From Zootoca vivipara (Eukaryota), in contig NC_083287.1 of NCBI RefSeq assembly GCF_963506605.1, positions 34,286,001 through 34,350,000 on the forward strand: a stretch of 64,000 nucleotides of DNA, read 5' to 3'. Position numbers and translations under genes: made by a program. Below, piece by piece: positions 54,883-64,000 of this stretch (positions are counted from its first letter, which is position 1; each line of letters starts with the position of its first letter). The notes beneath the pieces were generated by a model. That model did not search any database. It was not told the origin of the DNA and saw nothing but the letters and a program-made list of their open reading frames with translations.

Positions 54883-57800
54883 TTAGGGAGGAATCATTTT
54901 TGAAGTTTTCATATAGTAAATGTGTGTTTCTGATTTTTCTATATATAATTTTTTTTAATGTGGCAACTTTGGATATAAAACCGGGAGAATATAAATAATT
55001 CACTAAGGAACAGAAGCCAGAAAAGCTTCCTCAGGGCTCTGACTTCCCAGCTGCATCTGAGAAAAAGAAACAGAGAATTCTTGCTTCAGCTCATTCTTTG
55101 GTTCTGTCTAGGTCAGCCTTCGACAACTTTGTCCGCTCTGTGTCTTTTGTACTGAAATTTCCATGAGTCCCAGCTAGTATCAACAGGCTGGCCTAGGTCT
55201 AACCTTGCCCCCTACTACTGCTGACTAGGCAAACTCCCCGCCCTGCTTTCTTCCCTTCGAGATTGGCTTGACATATTGAAAGGGGAAATGGCAAATGGCC
55301 TTTGGGCTACTTTACAAAATAAGAAAGTATCACACTTACAGTTAAGAGTAGTTATGCTCCTAATGTGGGATGGAATACTGGGGCAGACAAGTCACAAAAG
55401 TTCCCAGAGTGTCCACATGGAGGACCACGTGGAGGAACACCTGACCAGGTCAGTTTCCTGTTCCTCCACACATGCAAATGAGATGGGAAAGGTGGCAGAT
55501 AAATTCACTGGCCAGTAGCCATTTCCCTCTCTTGGACCACACACTTCAGAGAAGCAACATCTTAGCGTTAGAGTCTTTCTCGGCTTCCTGCCAAGAGAGA
55601 GACCAAACGGAGCCTTACTTTACTAAGTAGTCTCCACATGTATATAAATGTAACTTTTCTAAGCAAGCCTGCCTTTCTGAGATTATGCTGTTAACTCAGG
55701 ATGTCATGTGAGTAAATTCTATCTTATTTTAAGACTATTGTGCTGTGTATTTCTTTTAAGAGGGATAAAGGGGATTTGCCAGGAAGTATAATATTGTTGT
55801 TATACTCTCGAAGCTACGAACATGAGTTTGACCAGACTGCGGGAGGCAGTGGAAGACAGGAGTGCCTGGCCTGCTATGGTCCATAGGGTCACGAAGAGTT
55901 GGACTTGACTAAACGACTAAACAACAACAACATAATATTGTTGTAGAGGTTTTAACAAACCTAAACGCTCATGTTCTGCTGCGCACAAAAGGGGAATGTC
56001 ACTCTGCTGATATTGGAAGCTTGATAACACAAGCTTGGATAGGATCTATCTAATACCGTAATATATCCTAATCCACATCCCTAACATTCCCACACCTAAG
56101 GCAGGTGCTCATCAGTTGCCCTGAACAACTGCAGTTCATTAGGTACATTTTTGGGGCATGTCTAAGGATGCACATTTGCTTAGAAGTTTAATTGAACTTG
56201 ATTAAATGAATGTCTGGTTAAAATGGAAGACTGGACTGCATGCTCCATTTATTTCATGGGAATGACATATCCAACACCTCCAAAACTAAGCTCATATTCA
56301 TTGCAGTAGCCAACAAAACCTGTTATTTGGTTGTATATAAGTATTTAATCAACTTACAGTATCTTGAAATAAAAGAGGTGTCCCTGTTCTAAAGTCCTGC
56401 AATCTACAGTCTGAAAGTGTGCACAAACTGTTCTCTTTTATACCATACTGGGGTGTGAAAAGCTGTTTCTTAATATAGCTAACTGCTTATTTTGTTAGGG
56501 CAGTGAGTCTTTTTGAATTATATTGGTTTTCCTGGAAGCCTCTCTCCAAGGAGAATATCTAGCCAAAATGCTAATAGCTTGCTATTGAAGTCTATTCATA
56601 TCAAACTCGTAAGAGAGTTTATTGGGAGATGGAGCAGTCATTCCCTTAATTAAGCTCTTAAGGAAGAAACAGCATCTTTAGCACTGATTTAATGAGAAGA
56701 TGGAACTAGAGTGTGCATTCTGTTAATAAAGCCCTTGAAGAAAACAAGAAGTTTCATTTGCACTGATTTAATGAAAAAGTGGCACCTAGGGGTGTATTTA
56801 GTCTCATATTTTGGTCTTTGTTACTCACCTTAATTTCTCTTTCTCATCTGTAGTCCTTTAGAAAATGTAACTTTTTTTAAAAAATGATCTAACTCTGTTA
56901 ATTACATTGAAGAATGACCTGTCCAAGGTTCTTGCTTTGCAATCTTGAATACAGCGTCTTAAAACTTTATTTCAATTATTTACAGTAAATGCAAAGACTG
57001 AACTAGAGGACCATAATAACTCAAGTAAATGATGCAGAACAACACTGAGGCTCAAAGGGCTTTTTAAAGGAGGCATTTAACCCAACTTTTTTTTTTTAAA
57101 AAAAAAAAACAAACCACAGTATTACTTAGTTACGCACACCACTGTTTATTTAGTACCTACTTGATAATGAATCAGTTCCTGTAATGAGAAGTATGTATTT
57201 ATTTTCTTACATATTATATATATATATCCTTTCTATCATCATGGAACTCATGGTGGCTTATGTAGAGTTTCTAGATGGCTTCCCATCCAGGCATTGTTTT
57301 GCTTCGGCAAGGTGTTTGCTTCGAGTACCTTTGCACCGTGTCCTGAAACCACTTATCTTTATAGCTGATCAATTGTCTAGCTTATCTTACAGTTCTTCAA
57401 CCTAACTGACCTCTTCCTTTTGAAACCATGCTGTCTTGGTTTCAAGGAAAAGCACTGCAGAATAGGAACTATGGGATTTCACTATGTTTGGGGTCTCTAA
57501 CGTGGTGACGATGGGCACCATGCTGGTCTGAGGAGCCCCTCCCCATTAATGCTAAGGTTTGCAGCCACTTCCAAATTGGGTAGGTTGTTTGGTTGAGGGG
57601 TGTTGTTTACTTTTTTCTATCTGTTTGATTTGTTTTGGGATGCAAATAGTTGTTTTGCCTGTTGGTGGTGTTTTTTGGGGTGTTTGGAAAGTTTTCAACA
57701 CCACCTGTTTTTCTATGGTGAACTGGGTGTTTTGTGGTGTGCACAACATTTTTCTAGGGGGGGATTCCCAATGTGCCCAGGTGTTCAAGTAGGCTAGGAG

Positions 57801-60800
57801 CCCCTTCACTATGGGATTGGAAAACAGCTGGACTTGTGCAGTGTAATGCTCCTGATAAATTAAACCAAAGAAGCTGCTAAGGTGATAACGGTGACTGAGT
57901 GGATATATCAAATTCAGCTCAACCTTCTCTCTCTCAAATGGACTTCGCATTCACGTTCAGCTAGAAAAAGCAAATCAGTTTCCAGGAGGAGAAGAGGGAA
58001 CAGCCAGAAAGGAGGGCAGCCTGAGACATTCATCCAGATATGAGCAAAAGGACATCAGTGGGGCTTTGCAACTGTTTTGAGGTCCTGAAAGTAAAGGGGC
58101 TGAGAAGTGTGGCTCTGATCGTGGTCTGTCATGGATGGGAAATAGGCCGAGCTGCACCAAACAACGAGCAAGAATGAGTTGGCCATGTGGTAGTGCTATC
58201 TTTAATAATAATCACTTAACCTTAATAATAATCACCGCATGGAAACGGTGTTTACCTTCCCGCTGTAGCAGTACCTATTTATCTACTTGCACTTTGACGT
58301 GCTTTCGAACTGCTAGGTTGGCAGGAGCAGGGACCGAGCAACGGGAGCTCACCCCGTCGCGGGGATTTGAACCGCTGACCTGCTGATCGGCAAGCTCTAG
58401 ACTCAGTGGTTTAGACCACAGCGCCACCCGCGTCTTAGGGAGGAATCATTTTTGAAGTTTTCATATAGTAAATGTGTGTTTCTGATTTTTCTATATATAA
58501 TTTTTTTTAATGTGGCAACTTTGGATATAAAACCGGGAGAATATAAATAATTCACTAAGGAACAGAAGCCAGAAAAGCTTCCTCAGGGCTCTGACTTCCC
58601 AGCTGCATCTGAGAAAAAGAAACAGAGAATTCTTGCTTCAGCTCATTCTTTGGTTCTGTCTAGGTCAGCCTTCGACAACTTTGTCCGCTCTGTGTCTTTT
58701 GTACTGAAATTTCCATGAGTCCCAGCTAGTATCAACAGGCTGGCCTAGGTCTAACCTTGCCCCCTACTACTGCTGACTAGGCAAACTCCCCGCCCTGCTT
58801 TCTTCCCTTCGAGATTGGCTTGACATATTGAAAGGGGAAATGGCAAATGGCCTTTGGGCTACTTTACAAAATAAGAAAGTATCACACTTACAGTTAAGAG
58901 TAGTTATGCTCCTAATGTGGGATGGAATACTGGGGCAGACAAGTCACAAAAGTTCCCAGAGTGTCCACATGGAGGACCACGTGGAGGAACACCTGACCAG
59001 GTCAGTTTCCTGTTCCTCCACACATGCAAATGAGATGGGAAAGGTGGCAGATAAATTCACTGGCCAGTAGCCATTTCCCTCTCTTGGACCACACACTTCA
59101 GAGAAGCAACATCTTAGCGTTAGAGTCTTTCTCGGCTTCCTGCCAAGAGAGAGACCAAACGGAGCCTTACTTTACTAAGTAGTCTCCACATGTATATAAA
59201 TGTAACTTTTCTAAGCAAGCCTGCCTTTCTGAGATTATGCTGTTAACTCAGGATGTCATGTGAGTAAATTCTATCTTATTTTAAGACTATTGTGCTGTGT
59301 ATTTCTTTTAAGAGGGATAAAGGGGATTTGCCAGGAAGTATAATATTGTTGTTATACTCTCGAAGCTACGAACATGAGTTTGACCAGACTGCGGGAGGCA
59401 GTGGAAGACAGGAGTGCCTGGCCTGCTATGGTCCATAGGGTCACGAAGAGTTGGACTTGACTAAACGACTAAACAACAACAACATAATATTGTTGTAGAG
59501 GTTTTAACAAACCTAAACGCTCATGTTCTGCTGCGCACAAAAGGGGAATGTCACTCTGCTGATATTGGAAGCTTGATAACACAAGCTTGGATAGGATCTA
59601 TCTAATACCGTAATATATCCTAATCCACATCCCTAACATTCCCACACCTAAGGCAGGTGCTCATCAGTTGCCCTGAACAACTGCAGTTCATTAGGTACAT
59701 TTTTGGGGCATGTCTAAGGATGCACATTTGCTTAGAAGTTTAATTGAACTTGATTAAATGAATGTCTGGTTAAAATGGAAGACTGGACTGCATGCTCCAT
59801 TTATTTCATGGGAATGACATATCCAACACCTCCAAAACTAAGCTCATATTCATTGCAGTAGCCAACAAAACCTGTTATTTGGTTGTATATAAGTATTTAA
59901 TCAACTTACAGTATCTTGAAATAAAAGAGGTGTCCCTGTTCTAAAGTCCTGCAATCTACAGTCTGAAAGTGTGCACAAACTGTTCTCTTTTATACCATAC
60001 TGGGGTGTGAAAAGCTGTTTCTTAATATAGCTAACTGCTTATTTTGTTAGGGCAGTGAGTCTTTTTGAATTATATTGGTTTTCCTGGAAGCCTCTCTCCA
60101 AGGAGAATATCTAGCCAAAATGCTAATAGCTTGCTATTGAAGTCTATTCATATCAAACTCGTAAGAGAGTTTATTGGGAGATGGAGCAGTCATTCCCTTA
60201 ATTAAGCTCTTAAGGAAGAAACAGCATCTTTAGCACTGATTTAATGAGAAGATGGAACTAGAGTGTGCATTCTGTTAATAAAGCCCTTGAAGAAAACAAG
60301 AAGTTTCATTTGCACTGATTTAATGAAAAAGTGGCACCTAGGGGTGTATTTAGTCTCATATTTTGGTCTTTGTTACTCACCTTAATTTCTCTTTCTCATC
60401 TGTAGTCCTTTAGAAAATGTAACTTTTTTAAAAAAATGATCTAACTCTGTTAATTACATTGAAGAATGACCTGTCCAAGGTTCTTGCTTTGCAATCTTGA
60501 ATACAGCGTCTTAAAACTTTATTTCAATTATTTACAGTAAATGCAAAGACTGAACTAGAGGACCATAATAACTCAAGTAAATGATGCAGAACAACACTGA
60601 GGCTCAAAGGGCTTTTTAAAGGAGGCATTTAACCCAACTTTTTTTTTTTTAAAAAAAAAAACAAACCACAGTATTACTTAGTTACGCACACCACTGTTTA
60701 TTTAGTACCTACTTGATAATGAATCAGTTCCTGTAATGAGAAGTATGTATTTATTTTCTTACATATTATATATATATATCCTTTCTATCATCATGGAACT

Positions 60801-61775
60801 CATGGTGGCTTATGTAGAGTTTCTAGATGGCTTCCCATCCAGGCATTGTTTTGCTTCGGCAAGGTGTTTGCTTCGAGTACCTTTGCACCGTGTCCTGAAA
60901 CCACTTATCTTTATAGCTGATCAATTGTCTAGCTTATCTTACAGTTCTTCAACCTAACTGACCTCTTCCTTTTGAAACCATGCTGTCTTGGTTTCAAGGA
61001 AAAGCACTGCAGAATAGGAACTATGGGATTTCACTATGTTTGGGGTCTCTAACGTGGTGACGATGGGCACCATGCTGGTCTGAGGAGCCCCTCCCCATTA
61101 ATGCTAAGGTTTGCAGCCACTTCCAAATTGGGTAGGTTGTTTGGTTGAGGGGTGTTGTTTACTTTTTTCTATCTGTTTGATTTGTTTTGGGATGCAAATA
61201 GTTGTTTTGCCTGTTGGTGGTGTTTTTTGGGGTGTTTGGAAAGTTTTCAACACCACCTGTTTTTCTATGGTGAACTGGGTGTTTTGTGGTGTGCACAACA
61301 TTTTTCTAGGGGGGGATTCCCAATGTGCCCAGGTGTTCAAGTAGGCTAGGAGCCCCTTCACTATGGGATTGGAAAACAGCTGGACTTGTGCAGTGTAATG
61401 CTCCTGATAAATTAAACCAAAGAAGCTGCTAAGGTGATAACGGTGACTGAGTGGATATATCAAATTCAGCTCAACCTTCTCTCTCTCAAATGGACTTCGC
61501 ATTCACGTTCAGCTAGAAAAAGCAAATCAGTTTCCAGGAGGAGAAGAGGGAACAGCCAGAAAGGAGGGCAGCCTGAGACATTCATCCAGATATGAGCAAA
61601 AGGACATCAGTGGGGCTTTGCAACTGTTTTGAGGTCCTGAAAGTAAAGGGGCTGAGAAGTGTGGCTCTGATCGTGGTCTGTCATGGATGGGAAATAGGCC
61701 GAGCTGCACCAAACAACGAGCAAGAATGAGTTGGCCATGTGGTAGTGCTATCTTTAATAATAATCACTTAACCTT
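54684..61775 (+). repeat. Tandem duplication, 2 x 3540 bp (54684-58223 and 58236-61775) with a 12-bp junction insert
   Basis: Identical ORFs offset by 3552 nt; breakpoints read directly from the sequence. Confidence 0.97.
55801..55931 (+). mobile_element. BovB extreme 3' end (duplicated at 59353-59483)
   Basis: 13-bp TSD ataatattgttgt at 55788 and 55932; (CAA)n tail. Confidence 0.92.
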
Positions 61776-61798
61776 TCCCCCCATTTCCTCTCATTTAG

Positions 61799-61850
61799 GT
61801 AATATATCTTTAGGTAATATATCTGAAAGCCTGCAAGAGCAAATGACAAG
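61799..61850 (+). CDS. ABCB1: ABCB1 fourth coding exon, extracellular loop 1 (NISLGNISESLQEQMT-R)
   Basis: 52 bp, phase 1 to 2; candidate branch point CTTAAC at 61767-61772, pyrimidine tract and ttag|; donor AG|GTACCT; LQEQMTR resembles P-gp LEEDMTR. Confidence 0.92.
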
Positions 61851-62465
61851 GTACCTTTTTACTTTTAAGTCGTTTTGATCATTACATATATTTTGTGTAT
61901 ATTTTGTTCCGCATCTCAGGTGTCCCTTAATATAACAAGGCAGGTGGTGTAAGCCTGGATAGAGTATAGCAGTAGTCTGGAAGTCAGCTTGTGGTCTGTT
62001 TAACAGATATCAAAAAAATCTTAACAGTTGCTTGAAGGAATCGGGCTGACCCTCAGATATTTTGCTGTCTGTGGCAGCAGTGCCCTCCCCCCCCCCTCTC
62101 CACGAATAGAAGTTGGCTAGATGGATACACTGGCAACAAGAAAGCACCTTCCACCACACCTGTGGACAACAGGCTAGCATAAGGAGTATAAGGCAGGCCA
62201 GATGGTACTCACAACTCTGCCGCCTTTCAGTACCTCACTGCCATTGCCTCCCCTTCCTAGCATCTGCTGTTTGAGGCAACAGCTTCACTCTACCTAATGG
62301 TAGGGCCGTCCCTGGTAGACCTTTATGACTGTACTGCAATCTTGAGAACCACGCCTGCATGGGCGTGGTTCAGTCACCCAGAATGGGGGGGGGGAGACAT
62401 TCCTGTGCAGAAAAATGCCACAACCAGCCAGGAGAACTCCAGCATGGTCACAGAACATAGTGTGG

Positions 62466-62469
<4 letters not shown>

Positions 62470-62521
<52 letters not shown>
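62470..62521. repeat. (TA)n microsatellite
   Basis: Read directly. Confidence 0.99.
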
Positions 62522-62523
<2 letters not shown>

Positions 62524-62593
62524 GACTCCCATGTTGAGCACTGGCTCAGGGATGTTTTCCACATGGCTGGAGTAACATGTAAAAGAGTTAAAG

Positions 62594-62729
62594 CAGGCAT
62601 CCCCAAACTTCGGCCCTCCAGATGTTATGGATTACAATTCCCATCTTCCCTGACCACTGGTCCTCTTAGCTAGGGATCATGGGAGTTGTAGGCCAAAACA
62701 TCTGGAGGGCCGCAGTTTGGGGATGCCTG
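62594..62729. mobile_element. hAT-type palindromic MITE
   Basis: 8-bp TSD agttaaag; TIR caggcatccccaaact. Confidence 0.92.
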
Positions 62730-64000
62730 AGTTAAAGCCTATTAAGCTCTCCTTTCCCTTTTCTTCTCCCTTTTTGCCTTTCGCCCTCTCCCTTCCAGTT
62801 ACCTTGTGACCTCGGTTATGAATGTGAATACAAGCCTTAATGCTAATGTGGCATAACTCATTTCGTATTCATAGTTGAAACTTTGGCCTCTTGAAAGCCC
62901 AGCCCGTATGTACAAAGGGCAGAACGCTTCCTGAATGAAAGCCTGAACTTGTTTGCTTCTGAAATCAATCTATCATTGCAAGCACAATAAATTATGTTTC
63001 CTTTGATAGGAGGAAAAAAGAAAAGCCCAAGTGATTTCACAAAAGCACAAAAGACTAGAGTTGAAAATTGGGTAGGGTTGCCACTGTACGTGTTAAGTAG
63101 GCGTGTCATTTCCTTCACATGCTCTGTCAAAACCTCACCTTTCAATGAGGACATCTCATTACAATGAACTCTTGCTGTCTTGTACCCCAGTTGCTTCAGT
63201 GTTTATATTGTGTTGTTTATGTATGCTTAAACAGGGGTGCCATGGCCCTGGGAGCAAAGTTTTTGAGGCGATGCGAACCAGGCAACCCCCCCCCCGATGA
63301 CCCCATCTCTGGCCGCCAAGGAACTCCCCCTGTGCAGGCGGGCAAGCGGGTCAGTGGGGCCCTGTTTTGCTGCAGTGGGAGTGGGATTGCCGTTGGCAGT
63401 GAGGGCTGGGCTGGTGCCTCTTGCCTGCCCCAGGAGCCGGCAACCAATGCTATGCCACTGCAGCAAAGGTATTGTTTTAAAGCCCCCCCCAACTTGGTTC
63501 CATAAACTCAACTCCAGTGCCTCCCTACTCTACCCTATAAAAAAAGCATTATTCAAAATATATTGACCCACTAGCACAATAAAATAGCACAATAAAATTC
63601 GGAACAGTAGCAATTAGTTGTACATTTATTCAAAATCCAATTAAAGCTATTTAGCTTAATTAACAATGATGATAATTGATTCAACAACAATGGTATCACT
63701 GGTAGTCAGTGATACCAGCTTTTCAAAGTCTCATAATCATTTACACCTCCAACTCCCCACCCTTCTCCTTTGCCTCTTAGTGCAACAAGCTAAGATCACT
63801 GAAAGGAAAGTTAATGACATGGGGGGTGGAGAGGGGGCAAGCTTCTTGCTTGGAGGGGGTTTACTCCCTTTCACCCCCTTCTGGAGCCACCCTTGGAAGC
63901 ACATCTTCAATTAACACACATTTAAACTATGGAAACTGCTGCCATAAAATGTCATGATCAAAACTACAACCCCAACTCTATTTACCTGGGAGTAAACCCC

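Noticed and set aside
55219-56086. Possible solo LTR hosting the short BovB insert
   Set aside because: The texture is LTR-like, but I could not find matching TG...CA ends with a TSD.
54684-61775. Possible ABCB1 exon duplication
   Set aside because: The duplication starts 155 bp after one exon and stops 23 bp before the next; the paired ORFs inside it are non-coding or TE-derived.

Overview
Vertebrate (squamate reptile) genomic DNA. Sauria SINEs, BovB and CR1 point to a lizard; the species is not determined. The window holds two divergent genes. (1) The complete coding region of RUNDC3B on the minus strand: 11 coding exons, 30563->270, 1380 nt = 459 aa + stop, all introns GT-AG with consistent phases. 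(2) The 5' part of an ABCB1/P-glycoprotein gene on the plus strand: four coding exons at 47925-61850, continuing past the window. A CpG-island promoter lies at about 30.3-31.3 kb. The rest is intron and intergenic DNA rich in retroelements and DNA-transposon MITEs. Main observations: many TA-cag/ccg/ccgg-TA motifs that look like Tc1/mariner excision footprints, one shown directly as a 5-bp insertion in a CR1 copy; a near-identical 3.54-kb tandem duplication in an ABCB1 intron with a templated 12-bp junction; a 15-nt duplication at an ABCB1 acceptor that repeats both the AG and an N-glycosylation sequon; a candidate stop-loss C-terminal extension in RUNDC3B; a large fold-back in the last RUNDC3B intron; and a 1.24-kb TSD-flanked non-coding retro-insertion. 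I found no convincing wholly new gene system. Gene and repeat names come from recalled similarity, not database searches.
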